Part shown: piece after piece, positions 25,380 through 39,460 of the stretch
Layout: each line of letters starts with the position of its first letter
How positions within the stretch are numbered: the stretch's first letter is position 1
Source of the DNA: Octopus sinensis
Lineage: Eukaryota
Direction of reading: 5' to 3'
Assembly: GCF_006345805.1 (NCBI RefSeq)
Contig: NC_042999.1
Coordinates: forward strand, 108,376,001-108,440,000
Length of the DNA: 64,000 bases
Position numbers and translations under genes: made by a program
Notes under the pieces: generated by a model
What the model was told of the DNA's origin: nothing
Databases searched by the model: none
What the model saw: the letters and a program-made list of their open reading frames with translations, nothing else

Positions 25380-25510
25380 CTCTGTTTATTTTCTCTTATT
25401 CCTTTCTGATGAAGAGCATAGGCTCAAAACTTACATTTCCATTTTTCCTGAGCATCAAACTAATGCACTTGCTTGTTGTTCATACACTTGTCTTCATCTT
25501 TTGTTTTTCT
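25380..25510 (+). mobile_element. Penelope-like pseudo-LTR fragment with a hammerhead-like core
   Basis: CCTTT-CTGATGA-AGAGCATAGGCTC-AAAAC at 25401-25430. Same family as 44960-45125, in opposite orientation. Confidence 0.65.
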
Positions 25511-25521
25511 ATAATTTCAAG

Positions 25522-25559
<38 letters not shown>

Positions 25560-25597
25560 CATATATATATATATGTGTGTGTGTGTGCATATATATA

Positions 25598-25628
<31 letters not shown>

Positions 25629-25956
25629 CATGCACACACAGAAAGAAATAAGGAGAGAAAATAAAGTATGTGTAGTGGCTAGCGATCTATCATGGCGAAT
25701 GCTGGCCTGTGCATATTAACCTTCTCCAGCACTCTCTATACAACCTGGGAGGGCCCATACCCTCCCCTTCCACCATTAAGTATATTAGTCATGGGATGAA
25801 TATTGGAATGGTTTCCTGTTGCCTTCTCTCAGCAGGTGAAATTTGAACTCAGAATGTAGAGAGCCAGAAGTTACACCATAAAGCATTTCTTCTGTCCCAT
25901 ACACTAGAGCAATGTCAAGTGAATTGTTTTGCTCAAGGACACAACATTGTGCCTGG

Positions 25957-26031
25957 TCTCTCACAGCCAGGCTTTCTCTCTCAGCCAGGCTTTCTCTCAC
26001 AACCAGACTTTCTCTCACAGCCAGGCTTTCT
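25957..26031 (+). repeat. 18-bp minisatellite x4 within a SINE C remnant
   Basis: TCTCTCACAGCCAGGCTT at 25957, 25975, 25993 and 26011, with 0-2 mismatches. Confidence 0.9.
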
Positions 26032-27231
26032 AACATCACCTTCCTTAATATTATATACTATGTAATGATTTCTTACATTAGTACAAAGTTACACTTGGCC
26101 AGTACTTATGAACCCAATTAAAGAATCTCTATGTGGTTTCTCAAAGTGCTACAAATAGCAACCTAATCTCTTTTAAGCCACACTTTTGAATCTTTAAAAA
26201 GCAAAGGGCATATTAGATTGAGCACTTGTAGAAACATTGTGTCTAAACAAAAGACTGCATGATCACAACTGATATGACTTTCCTCCTAGGTTTGGTCAAT
26301 CAGAGCTGATCTCTGACTAGGCCACAGTAACATCTGGCACATCTTTATTGACTCTGCAACAATGAAAGGTAAAATTTACTCAAGCAAAATTTGAACTTGG
26401 AATGTCACTGCATGTGGTCTAAATACTGATATTTTGTACAATGTTATTAATGATTCTTTCATCAAGTAACCTACCTACTTCTGATTAAATTTGTTAGGTT
26501 CCTAATGGTGCTAAGTCTTATTTGGTTCGTTTTCATACTCTTTTAAAACAAGTAAAATGATTTAATTTCATAACAACTATTCTACCAAATTGGTTGTCTT
26601 CTTATGTGAGACTGCTTGCCACTATGATATATTAATGGTAAGGTTTTACTGCTGTAAAACAGGCCAAATACATAGAAAATGTGACATCTATGAGTGTACT
26701 ATGTGGATTGTGATAAACTATTTCCAATAATAAATGTCTCATACTCTATAAATCCATGTTGATGACTGCAACCACCTCCATGGACTTGAGTGCATTTCTA
26801 AAATTGTTTAGTTTATGGGGAGAAACAGTCATGCTTTCTCTTCTTCTAATGAGTTTAATAGTAAAATGGTGTGGTAATGGTTAAATAGAAGTAATAAAGG
26901 TAAAAGTTGAAAACAGGTCAAAATTTAATGTGAAGTTGGCTGACACCTGGGAAAAATTATACATACAAATTGCATGTTTATGTATAAAGAATAGAGAGAA
27001 ATATTCCAGTTTATGGAGAAATCAATTGAAATCAGGATGATTAGTGATGTGTGCATTACGACATTTCAGAATTGGTGAAAAGGCTTCCTGTTATGGCAAG
27101 ATGAAATGAAAAATTATGTTCCAAAATTGCATCAGAGTTATTGCTTTAAGTTCTACAGAAGTGATGACTAAGCTGGTACAGTTTTAAAAATCTATCAAAC
27201 TCATACCCTTTTTGAAAAATTGATATAAAAT

Positions 27232-27510
27232 AGCACAAGTGCGGAAGTGTGGTTATGAAATTTGCTTTCAAGCCATGTGGTCTTGGGTTCAGTTTCAGTG
27301 TGTGGTACTCTGGGCAAGTGTTTTCTTCTATAGACACAAGCCAATTATAGCCTTATGAGTGGATTTGGCTGATAGAAACTGTGTGTGTATTTCTGTTTGT
27401 CCTCCACCATTGCTTAAGAACTGGGGTTGATTTGTTTGACTAAACATTCTAAATGATACCCTAGCATGGCTGCTGTCCAATGAGTGAAACAAGAGATAAA
27501 AGATAGATAA
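27232..27510 (+). mobile_element. SINE family A (internally deleted)
   Basis: Head GTGTGGTTATGAAATTTGCTTTC...GGTTCAG; tail CAGCATGGCTGCTGTCCAATGAGTGAAACAAG-like. Confidence 0.75.
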
Positions 27511-29659
27511 TAAAAAGAAATAGCATACCAATGAAGATGCCTCTACTTGGCTGCTCAATCTGTTAAAAACAGCAGCCTAATCTACATCATATCATATTCT
27601 ATCATCTTAATGCAAGAACACATTTCATAATGATAAAAGGTTGTCCTATTTCCAGTTTCAAAGTATTTTCAAAATAGATATTTATATTTTGTCTCTAAAT
27701 AAGTCTTATTTCTTTCTTTTCGACAAAAGCTTTAAAAGGGTTATTGAATATTAATGTGGTTTTGACAAAGTTTAGGCTGTTGAAAAAGAAGTATTCAATT
27801 TTATCACATATTATACAAAGAAAAAAAAGAAATGCATGCCAGGTCTGTACAGTTTGAGAACTAACTATTCACACAAGATATGCAGAGAAACTATTCAGTA
27901 TTGGTGCCAGTGAAGCATATTATTTGTTAAGGTGAGCAAGCATGTAGCAGTGGACTGTTTGACTTAGATTGACTGTTTTAGCCAAACCAAATGAAATAAA
28001 TAATCTAAAGTGAAAGAAGGCTATTTTTGCCAATATTGGTTATGTTTAATTCAATACTGAGAAAGAAAAAGTTATATCTCTTCCTTTTGGGAAACTAATT
28101 ACTTGTTTAACTACAAAGATAAGACTGATAACATTTTATATCTAAGAAAGAGAATTCTGTTGTAACCAATATTGAATGGTACCTATTTTTATCTATAACA
28201 TGTTTATCAAAGATACATTTTTTTCTTCTTTGTTGCAATACTTTGTAAAAGAACTCAAACTTATTTACCTCTGTCTCAATTTTCCTTATCTTTGACTGAT
28301 TTTCTTCCTATTTTCTTTACTTCAGTGTCATATATAATATATAGAGAGAGAACTACATTATTGGGGTTATAATTGGCTTGTGAAAATACGCACACAGGTG
28401 TGCAAACAAAAGAAAAGAGCACTCTGCACATGACATGAAGCTCAAATATTGGAAGTAAATCAGTTTAACCCAGAGTTGCACTATTTAAAGTTTTGTGAAT
28501 GAAATAAATGCTTAATATTGGATGGTAAAGCAGACACAGCTTCTAAATAAAACCAAGTGCCATTGGATGATGAACAGAATTCATTCTTATTTGGCAGTTT
28601 AGATTGCTTGATAGATGCTATATTCTGGTGCCCAGTGGCAGCTGCCAGATTGGAGGCAATTTAAATGCAGTAATAATGTCCCTTAGTTTCATTAGAAATT
28701 CCAGTAAAAATTTCAGCTATTTATGGAGTGGTATAAACAGCTAAGAGCTTAAAATTAGATTATAGAAAGATCATTGCTGACATAATAAATTAAGTTTCCT
28801 TGTTAAATAATACATCTTGCTGTTGCAATATGTACAGTTTGTTGGATCAATACTGACAATTGTGCACACTGGGTGAGTAAGGCAGAGTCTTAACAACAAT
28901 GTTCCAAGTCATACAGAGGGACATATTTTCCTGATTCTGGAGTGTTGTGATAAACAGGGACAGAGTGGTGGAATTTTTGTTGTCTGTGACCCAGAGAGGT
29001 GCACGTACTAAGTGAACCTTATTTACAATCAGGTGGGGGTAACAGTCATATAAGGCTCCGGAAAGGCAGAATACTTTCAGTAATATATAAGAAATTGATT
29101 GTGGTTAGTTTGATGGAGATAGCTATATTTAAGGTAAACTTCTTGAAGATTCCAGTCAAGTTCTCTGTTTATAAAATGACCATGCATATTACTTGAAATT
29201 GCCATCCCACCTTCTCCATACAAATCTGAGCACACACGTATTGGGTTGTGTGTGTATATATATATATGTACGTATAGAAATCAAATATAAAATATAAAAT
29301 ATAAATTACAAAGTGGGACAAGAATGCAAAAACACACAAAGAGACGACACAAAAAAACAGACGGGTCACTCGAAGCCTCTAATCTTCAGTCGGATCATAC
29401 ACACAGCAACACCATATAAAGCATTTTAAGGGCATTCTTTCTGGTAAAACATTAATTAATTTTGCAATCCCATGGCAATCTTACTTTTGCCATATTCTCT
29501 ACAGCTTCCCATATCATCTCCCTTGCCTTTATTTCCTCCTTCTATCATCTTTAGCCATGCTTTTCCTTTTCCAGTCTTCTTCTACTTCTTTCCACTTTCA
29601 TTTCCATTGTACTTCTCACCCAACCACCTTCATCTTTCCTCAATACATTTGCTCCAGAA

Positions 29660-30060
29660 ACAACGTTAAATGTGGTTTAGTTAAGTGTGTGTGCTTAGCA
29701 GCATTTCATCCATTTTTATGTTCTGAGTTCAAATTCCACCAAAATCAACTTTGCCTTTCATCTTTCTTGAGTTGATGGAATAAGTAGCAGTTGAGCACTG
29801 GGGTTGTTGTAATTGTCTAGCCAGTCATCCTGCCAAAATTTCAGGTCTTATAATAGAAAGGATTACTAGTACTGCCAATAAAGTGGTAAGCCAGCAGAAT
29901 CGTTAGAGCATTGGAAAGATGCTTTGCTGTATTTGTTTTAACTCTTCACATTCTGAGTACAGATTCTGCTAAAGTCAGCTTTGCCTTTCATTCTTTCATA
30001 GTCAATAAAATAAATAGCAGTCCAGTAGTGTGGTCAATGTAATTGGTTTCTCCCTCCTAT
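29660..30060 (+). mobile_element. Two tandem SINE family B copies
   Basis: TTCTGAG...AATT...CTTTGCCTTTCAT(T/C)CTTTC occurs at about 29720 and about 29950. Confidence 0.7.
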
Positions 30061-30070
30061 AATCTGCATT

Positions 30071-30440
30071 GCTCAACATATCAATCTCCTGGAAACTGTT
30101 CAGAAGTATATAATCAGATGAATACCCACTGTCAGGCATCTACCATACACTGAATGTCTTGCTTCCCTGGGCATGGACACATTAAAGCTCCAACATCTGG
30201 CAAATGACATAGCAGACACTCACAAGATTATCCATCAACAATCTTGGGCACCTTTTTGAATTCCATATGTCAAACATTCATGGAACATGCTTACAAAATC
30301 TGAAAGCAACACAACACCCATGACTTTCAGAAGCATTTTTCATGCTCAGGATTGCTGAAGCATGGGAAAAATACCTGCATCAGTCATTAGCTGTCAAGAC
30401 ACTACATCCTTCAAAACTTCCATGCTTCCTGAAATTCACC
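30071..30440 (+). mobile_element. CR1-clade LINE 3' end (decayed)
   Basis: QHINLLETVQK...RHLPYTECLASLGMDTLKL...HKII...HAYKI*KQH...FQKHFFMLRIAEAW-KIPASVISCQDTTSFK, the typical CR1 ORF2 C-terminus. Confidence 0.8.
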
Positions 30441-30859
30441 ACTCTTGTTTCTTCTTTTTTTCTCTTTTTTTTTTAGACTTTTTGCACTGTTCACTTCCTG
30501 TGCATATTCTATGTACTGTTCATGCAGCTTTGGTTACTTGTTTTGATGAGTTGTAATGCCTCTGAGGAGTGTATATTATTTGTTTATCATTATTATAAAA
30601 ACTACTGATCTTGTACCAAAATTAGGAAGAATTATTTTAACTAATAATACTACTCCCATCTTCCATATTAAAATAGGCTACTAATTTTTGCAGCAGGACT
30701 TAAGCTGCTTCTTTTAATAGTACTGTCCTTTTGGTTGGATATACTTTGAGGTATTTTTTATATAAGCCTACTTTATCAAGTTTTATACTTCTGCTGATTC
30801 TGCAATGAAGTTAGTGTTTGTATACAAAAACCTGTCTTCTTGGTTTATTTGTTTGTGTA

Positions 30860-30896
<37 letters not shown>

Positions 30897-31462
30897 CAGA
30901 GACAGGGTTGGGTTTAAGATGTAGGATTAAGATTAAGCTGACAAAAAAGCTAAAACAAGACAGAATTTAGCATCATGTTTTGAGATCATTTTAGCATAAA
31001 CCAACCAAGTTTCAATTTCAAGAAAAAGGTTAATTAGATTCACAAATTTTACAAAAATAAGTCTCTGGTGGGCATAATTTTATGTTTAACAATATTTCTA
31101 TTATTGGAACCAGGGTACTTGGTACAAAATTGATAATTGATTTCATAAACATGATAATATATTCACTTTCAATTCTCTTAAGTAAATACATAATTTTTTT
31201 AAATCTTTGATGTTATATGCAACTTATGGTTCACCATTCATTCTGGCTTTGAATATTCTTCTTCTTCTTGAGGAGAGACATAATCAATTGAATAATTACC
31301 AGTAATTATTTTATTGACCTGGGAATGTGAAATGAAATGTATGGTTGATTCTTGTAGGATTTGAACTTCACACTAAGAAGAATGAAATCTCATCAAAGTT
31401 ATGTAACTTGCCACTATGAAACTTTTAATAAATATTTTGAAAATTCCTCCCATCTCTCTCTT

Positions 31463-31522
<60 letters not shown>

Positions 31523-31534
31523 TATATATTATAT

Positions 31535-31918
31535 CTTCTACTTGCTCCAGTCATTTGACTATGGCCATGCTAGGGTACCACCATGAAGGGTTTTAATCAA
31601 ACAAATTGACCCCAAGACTTTATATTTTTTAAGCCTGGTACTTATTCTATCAGTCTCTTTTGCCGAACCTCTAAGCTACAGGGATGTAAAGACACCAGCA
31701 ACCATTGTCGAGCTGTGGTGGGGGACAAAGACACACACTCACACACACATACATACATACACAATGGGTTCCTTTCCATTTCTGTCTACCAAATCCACTC
31801 ACAAGGCTTTGGTCAGCTCGAGGCTATAGCAGGAGACACTCGCCCAAGGTCCCACACAGTGGGACTGAACCCACTACCATGTGGCTGGGAAGCAAGCTTC
31901 TTACCCCACAGCCACGGA
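31535..31918 (-). mobile_element. Near full-length SINE family A
   Basis: Homologous along its length to 20280-20748. Confidence 0.88.
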
Positions 31919-33484
31919 TTTGTATAAAATTCTTCAAATATGCCAAGAACATATAAGCCTGTTCCTCTTTCTCACAGCAAATCAATTTATCCCACTCTAG
32001 AATTGTTTGTTTATTCTCACTAATTGTCAATGTAGACCAGTGCTAGTTTCTTCACATTCTTCTGTTTACTTAGTAAAATATTTAGTCTGCTGGTCTACAA
32101 TTTCATCAAACTCATTGCCATTTTTAGAAAATGGTTCAGGAAAGAATTTACTTGTTTTACATTTTTTCTTGGGATATTTTTATATCTAGTGGTTTAGTAC
32201 ATTAGAAGTTAAATTTAGCAGTATATATTGAACATTTGCAATCATTTTCTCTCTCTCTCTCACTCTCTCTTTCATTATACATATATGGACATATATGTAT
32301 GAATGTATATGCGTCTATATATATATATATATTTGTATGTATGTGTACATATGTTTGTATGTGTACGTGCATATATGTACATCTGTATGTGTATATGTGT
32401 GTGTGTAAACATGTATATTCAGATATGAATTTCAGCTATGTTCTTGCTTGGAACAGTGGTTTAAATAAACGGAAAATATGTAATATTAGAATTGCTTTTA
32501 TTTTGATACCAGCATCTGATTTTAATGTATAAGCAAATTAATTTTCCAAGTAACATATCTTACCACCCTTTCCAAATATTTCTCTGTAAATTTTTAATAT
32601 GTATGGTTGATTCTTGTAATTCATTGTTAAACAAATTTTCTTGTAATTATTAAATTTCTTCTTGTGAGAAGAAGCTTGCTTCCCAACCACATGGTTCCAG
32701 GTCCAGTCCCACTGCTTGACATGTTGGGCAAGTGTCTTCTGCTATAGCCTCAAGCTGACCAAAGCTTTGTGAGTGGGTTTTGAACTCAGAACATGAATAT
32801 CGATGAAATGCCGCTAAGCATTTTCCCCAGTGTGATAACAATTCTGCCTGCTCACCGTTAGAATAATAATGATAATAATAATAATAATAATAATGATACT
32901 AATATATGCAAATATATGTGATTTAAGTTTTTCTCCTTTATTAGTGACCAGCTTTAATTGTACAAAGTGATAAGGCCTTTTGTTTATATCACGACACATT
33001 CTGGAGGTTTGTAAATAGAATCCCAGGAACATTTTGCAACTTTTATTGGACCACTATTCAGCTGTATCTGGAGAGTGCAGATTAGTTTGCTTTGGTCTTT
33101 CTTAGAAGACCCCAGCATTTCTAGGCATTGATGCAAATTTCTTGTTACATAGACCAATGTATCTATTGTACTAGGTACAAATGAAAATCTTCAATTTGGA
33201 TATAAAAGCTGAAGTTTCTCATAAGATGTTCTCTTTTTTGAAGGTTTGCTCAATCAGACTACTCTGGGATTAAATAACAACTTACTAGTTCTTATTAGCT
33301 TACTCATTCATTAAGAACTTTGGTTCCTGTTACCAACCCTGACCTGTGTCCAAGTGTGATAATATTTTCTCAAGACCTGGCATGTTTTCAAAGAAGACTG
33401 GTAACAAAGGACACCACTTTTATGACAGTGGCACTCATTTACAACTATCATAGAAAAAGAGATGTACACTTACACATGCATACA

Positions 33485-33640
33485 TGCAATGGACTTCTTT
33501 CAGTTTCCATGTACCAAATTCATTCACAAGGCTTAGATTGTCTCAGGGTTATAATAGAAGACATTTGCCCAAGAAATTATGCAGCAGAACTGAACCCAAA
33601 CCATGTGGTTGGAAAGTGAACTTTTTAAACACAAAGCCAT
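33485..33640 (-). mobile_element. SINE family A, 5' half (decayed)
   Basis: CTTCTTTCAGTTTCC...TCACAAGGCTT...GAAGACATTTGCCCAAG...CTGAACCCAAACCATGTGG on the plus strand. Confidence 0.75.
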
Positions 33641-36600
33641 ACCTAAACACTCCTAAAAAATCTAGAACATATACTGCAAACACATTTACCAATCCATAGT
33701 TCTGGGTAGACAAAATAATGAAAATATTTAAATGAAATAAAACATAATGTATTTCTTTGAACTGTGTAGTGGAAAGCTTCCAGGAAGTCATGTTAGCAAT
33801 GCAGTTTGACATAACATGCTCCCCATAACTGCATTTTTAGTTTGGTTGATTGACACCTCTCATTTGGAATGTCTTCATATTTCTTAGAATGTGGCATGGT
33901 GAAGCCAAAAAAGAAAAAAAAACAATCTTCTGCAACAGGACAGTGTTTCATTTTTTACAAATGTGTGTATGCACGAAGAAAATGCTTGTTTATGCATGTG
34001 TGTGCAACTGCAAAGCTAATTTTCCATCAATGTGACAGAGTCTCATTTTATTCTGTGTATATGCCTGTGATTCTGTATGTTTCAGGAACAAGATGAAGTC
34101 AGTGAACACATGATGAAATCATTTCAGAAATATTTTCTGTAGCAAAATTAGTTCCTTTTAGGTTTCTTGCCAAAAACATATTTTATTTTGCCCACTTTTG
34201 ACATCAATATTTCATATAATTTCATCTGTAAGCTATTTAGAAACTGGCCAGAAAATACCAACTACTCAACTGTTTTTGGCTATAAGAAGCAAAATTAACC
34301 AATATGGACCGGATAAAACTATTCAGATATTCGAAATAGTAAAGTATATTAAGCATTTATTGATATGCTATGAGAATTATTGACTTGTCTCATTGGCTGA
34401 ATGTAAGTGATGGATGATAAAGTAGAGTATGGATGAGGTTCTTTACTTATATATCTATTCCAACAAAAAGAGATTTGAAATAAATCAATCAAACTTAAGT
34501 ACTCCTGCTGTATAATAATGATGTTTTATAAATCTAGCATCAAGACTGTATCACCTCATTTGAGACTTGCTATTCTGTTTTATTTATTTATTTTTTAAAA
34601 ATATTTGTTACTTTACTGTTTTGCATTTCTTCTCTTTATGTCTGTTTCCTTCACATTCTATTCCTTCCTCTCTCTCACTCTCTCTTTCCATTTATCCATC
34701 TCTCTAACCTCCATCTCTCACCTCTTCCCTTCTCTTCCTCTTCCACTTTTCTAGAGTAAAATGTCTCTCTCCTCAAACTGCAATGTCTTAGCCTCATCTA
34801 ATTATATCTGTTTATTTATTCAGAATGAAAATAAACCTAACCATTATTGTAAAAGTTTGTTTCACACAAAGTTATTCTTTTGGACATTTTTCTCTAGCTG
34901 TAGCACATTAAAGCTTCATCTCTCCTATAAATAATGGAATATTTCAATAGAAAGACCGAATATATTTATTCTTTGTTAAATTATCTTATTTAGTGCAATT
35001 TTGTTTTTTACTAAAAGCAATTTATATTGAAATTCATGAATACAGAACATAAAGTTGAAACACCTATTAATTGATAATTTCCCCCTTTTAAGTAGCAATC
35101 AGACTTGATGATATTTAGGATGATAGTTCAACAATGGAGTATTACATTTTGACTATATTACTAAGATTTGACAATTGTAGGTTCAAATCTCAAAAATATG
35201 ATTATATTTGTCATTGATTTAGAGTTGTGATAATAAGTATTGATTTGACTTTCTCAATGATGAAAAAAAATTTTTTTTTAAGAACTTAAAACCAATAACA
35301 GGGTGAAGTAGTAAAAATAATTTTTGCACCTTCACTTAACTAATGGGTATGATAAGCAATAGAACATTCTGCTTCCCTTTATGCCTATGTATAGGAGATT
35401 TCTATATATTATGGTTTCTAAAATAAAGCTTTGTGGTACAAGGTCACAAATTGTTGATAGAAAGGTGAATGAGTTGATTTAATTGAAAAAAAGTATTTGT
35501 CGGGTACTCTTTGATTGCCACAAAAAGGATGAAACACAAAGTCAGCAATGATTTGATTTAAACTAAAAATGCAAAGGAACAAATGAAATACTACAATTAC
35601 CTACCATCTATGCTTCTTTCAGTAATATAATGAAATTACAATTAACTTTCTATTTGTTAACTATTTTGTCTAATATTGCTACTGTATCACTATTTTCATA
35701 GAAATCTGACTCTGAACAACTTCCATTGAGGTGATACAGATACCATGTTATAAAGTCCTTGTGTATGTATATATGTGTGATTCTCATTCTACATCTTGTA
35801 AAGTGAAATTACAATATAGGGAATACAATTTGATGGTGTCTTACTAAGTCCCATTTGTAGCAAGTTCTTACAATTCTTTCCTTGAACTCCCTTTCAAGTA
35901 AGAATTAATGTATTTTGGTTTAATATATTTTTATTTAAAGATGTAGCTTAGTGCTTGGGATGTTGAAAGCACAGTCATTAGGTCATGAGATCAATTCTTA
36001 GGTCAGGCAGCATGTTGCGTTCATTAGTAAGACACTTCATTTAACATTACCCCTGCTGGAAATAAGTACCAGTGATACCTTGGTTGTTAACCCTGCAATT
36101 GACTGGCATCTCATTTTTAAAAAATCTTTACTTTCATCTAAGATACCTTGGAGATCTGGTTAAGCAAAAACCTTGTGGGCCTGGAAGCTGATGACAGATA
36201 TTGTCAGTTTAATGATGTTCCATGTCTTCATCAAAATGGTTGAGTATATCTTTAAATCAAAGCTTATTTCCATATGTAAACCATTTGGAAATGAGAGCAC
36301 TCACAGTTCAAAGATAGTTTCATCAGTGAGAAGGAAATTTTTTAAATGGTTATGGGTGCATAAAGAATTTTCTCTTTCTGATGAGGAGCTTTTCTGGAAA
36401 CATCAATTCTCTCAGTTCATATCATACAAACTTATCTAAATACTCAATTTGCCGATGCAAGTCATCATTAGTCTTGTGGGACTCTGATTTCTATTAACTC
36501 ATTTCATTGATCTGTGGCTTAAAGTTTCAGATCACTAAACATTGATGTATTCTAGAGCAAAATTTTAATCTCCAATCATTTTAAAGAGCAAGCCATCATC

Positions 36601-36669
36601 TGCAATTATAGCTTGGTAAAATTTACCATGCTTTTGCTAATTGTTGTGTCACTTATTTGATTATATCTA

Positions 36670-36865
36670 TATTCCTACCCAGTGATCTAGGATGTGAGCT
36701 GGTGGGAGAGAGAACTACACCAGCACTCAGCTGGTACTAATTTTCAGCTGGGTAAGTTGGAGCAATGTGAAATGAAGCGCCTTAGTTAAGGACACAAAAT
36801 ACCACCTGGTCCAGGAATTGAACTCATGACATTATGACTGAGTTAAACAGCCTAACCACCAGGTA
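36670..36865 (-). mobile_element. SINE family C (decayed)
   Basis: AAGGACACAAA...CCAGGAATTGAACTC...CCTAACCAC on the plus strand is the antisense tRNA-like head. Confidence 0.6.
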
Positions 36866-38562
36866 TTCAAAATACTCTTCTTGATACCAGAATCTTTAAG
36901 AAGTGAACATATTTATCTCTACTCAATATCGTTATTTGACATCCATTCCATAGCACTTGCAAGAAAATTTTGCTTGTGTTTTATTCTTCAAGCTAATTAT
37001 TAACCAAGATTGCCATCTTTCTCATGTCCCTTTTATATTTTCTTTTCTAAGAAAACCCTTTTGAAAAATAATTGCAAAATATATCCAAATTGCAAATTTC
37101 ATAACATTATTTTCCCATTATATTTATAATTCATAAATAATTCTTCAGGGCAACTTTGAAACTGAAAATTATTCCTCCTTCCAAATTTGAATTTGAAATT
37201 TAAAAGTTGTAAATTTTGATTTTACGATGAGTGTTAATTATTTTTCTATTCTTCATAAAAAATCTTTAGTTATTTGATACTGCGTATCTGTGTGTGTGTG
37301 TTTTCTTCAAACCTTTAAAGGATCTTCATGAGTAAATGTTCTTCATTAAATATCTCCATCAATTTTCTTCCTCTTCTTTATTCACTCCCAAATATTTGAT
37401 TTACTTAAAAATTCTTCGGTAATTCAAAAAATACTGCCTTGGGTTTCAAAGCCATCAATTTCATCTCTTTCTTTATCCTTACATATATTTCAAATTATCA
37501 ACAGAAAGTTATTTAATTTGACATCATGTTGAAAAATTGGGAATATTATATCTAAAATTGGGGTTGTGATGTGTGAAAATGTGTTTGTTTAAGTGGATGT
37601 ATCATTGCATGTGTGTACATCCATTTGTATATGTTTGGTGTTTGAACATACGTATATTTCTGTATGTATGTATGTATAGCTGGATCTAGACATACTTATC
37701 ACTCTCTTTCCTTTTCCCCTTTCTCTGAATTTTACCTCTTATTCAAACCATTTTCTCTGTTGCTCTTATTATTTCTATTCTTTCACTTGTATCTCACTTT
37801 CTCATTAATTTCTAATTACACACATGCTACCTTTCAATATTCACTTGTACCTCAGGTTGAAATGGCTTGTTAAAACAGAAATGGTGAATTCATTCCAATC
37901 TTGCACTTGAAATATTTGTCCTTACTAATTTGTTATATATATATATAATAATTAGAAGAAGAAAATAAAAAAAAATATTTGATTAATAAGATTGTTTATT
38001 TATACACATGCACACTACTGTACAAGAGTCTCAGGGATATATACATTTTTAGAAATACTCCTTCAGAATATGTAAAAGATAATGAAAAGAGTGTTTTATT
38101 TAAGCATTTACATGAAGTCATTTTTGGTGCACATTTGACAAATAACTGATTATACATTAAATTTATAATTGCCTTTGGCTAATAAAACGGTTTCACTTCT
38201 CTTTGGAATGCTAAGTTGTAATTAGGCAATATGATTTAGAGTAATTTTATTTCAGGGCTTTCTGAAGTATTTTGCTACAGTTCTTTCGATATTAACTGCT
38301 TTTTTTTTTTAGTTTTGTTTGGTCTAAACAGTCCCACAGAGTGTCAGTATTACTCAGTTCTAGTCTTGGGAAGGGGTGCACAAATACACACACACAAAAT
38401 GAGTTACCATATTACATCGGCTATCCACAGTAGCATGGGTTGAGTGGTTTGCAGGATCCAAAGGGTCGAAAGATTACATCTTGATCCAGTTACCTCATTT
38501 TGTCATAGTTTCTCTTACTGGGTGGCCTTTCTCATGCCAACCACTTTACAGAGTGTATTGGC

Positions 38563-38598
<36 letters not shown>

Positions 38599-39304
38599 CC
38601 TTGATAATGAAGCATACACATACTCCACATTGTACATGGTTATTAGTCTTAGCAAGACATTTTTCACCAAAGTGCACTACAAATATTCACATAAACTCTG
38701 AATTATTTGGTTCTGTGACATAAGTCTGTAGGTTGAAAAAACAACAAATTGACATTAAGGGTAGGGCAGTACAAAGTAGTTTGTACAAAAATGCATTAAT
38801 TCAATGAGCTCTGGCTGGCAAGTTAATATTAGTTATTTATTCGTAATTTTATTCATTAATGAAGGGATGACTTACTTAGAGTTGATACTAATCTCTAGTT
38901 ATCTCTAGTTATGAATCACCCCTGACCATACTGTAAATGTCTGATAAAGAAATCTTGTTGTGTCCATTCTGTCTTTCATGTATATCAGAAGTAATGTTAT
39001 CCAAGGTATCCTACTTTACTTAAGACAGTAGCATGAGAATGGAGTTAGTCATGCTGTTATTACTAACAATTAAAATGACCATGAAGAAGTTCTGTTGTTG
39101 GCTCACTTGGATTATAGTTGTTGTTTGACCCAAGATGAACATGCAGAAAATATGACCAGAGATGCTCCAGCTATGACCATTCCACCCTTCCTGTAAGCAT
39201 TATGTAGTTATGACCACTATCCAATGTAACTGTCTCTTTTCAAGATGTTAGGATATAATTTGGAGAGGGAGCAATATTTTGTTAATTTTTCATAGATGTA
39301 GAAT

Positions 39305-39460
39305 AACGATAAACGTCGCCCTTTTCAAGCCTAGCCAGGCTCATGGGCCCAGTTTCTGTGGCGTATGTGTTCCCCCCAGCTGGACAGGATGCCAGTCCAT
39401 GATCCTCCAACCGCGAGTCCGCCACCATAACCACTGGGCCATTGTGCCTCCACTGATGTA
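39305..39460 (-). mobile_element. SINE family C (internally deleted)
   Basis: Minus-strand head GGAGGCACAATGGCCCAGTGGTTATGG. The 3' part resembles 12540-12620. Confidence 0.6.

Noticed and set aside
28838-28872. 35-nt candidate exon (CWINTDNCAHW or FVGSILTIVHTG)
   Set aside because: Too short to assign; the GPCR-like CWI similarity is not significant.
34086-34383. EQDEVSEHMMKSFQKYFL* and ETGQKIPTTQLFLAIRSK... segments
   Set aside because: Short open frames with weak or missing splice sites; no family recognised.
36173-36660. 88-aa plus-strand ORF, or a minus-strand IADD RT-like motif
   Set aside because: A single weak motif without the flanking RT motifs; cannot be classified.
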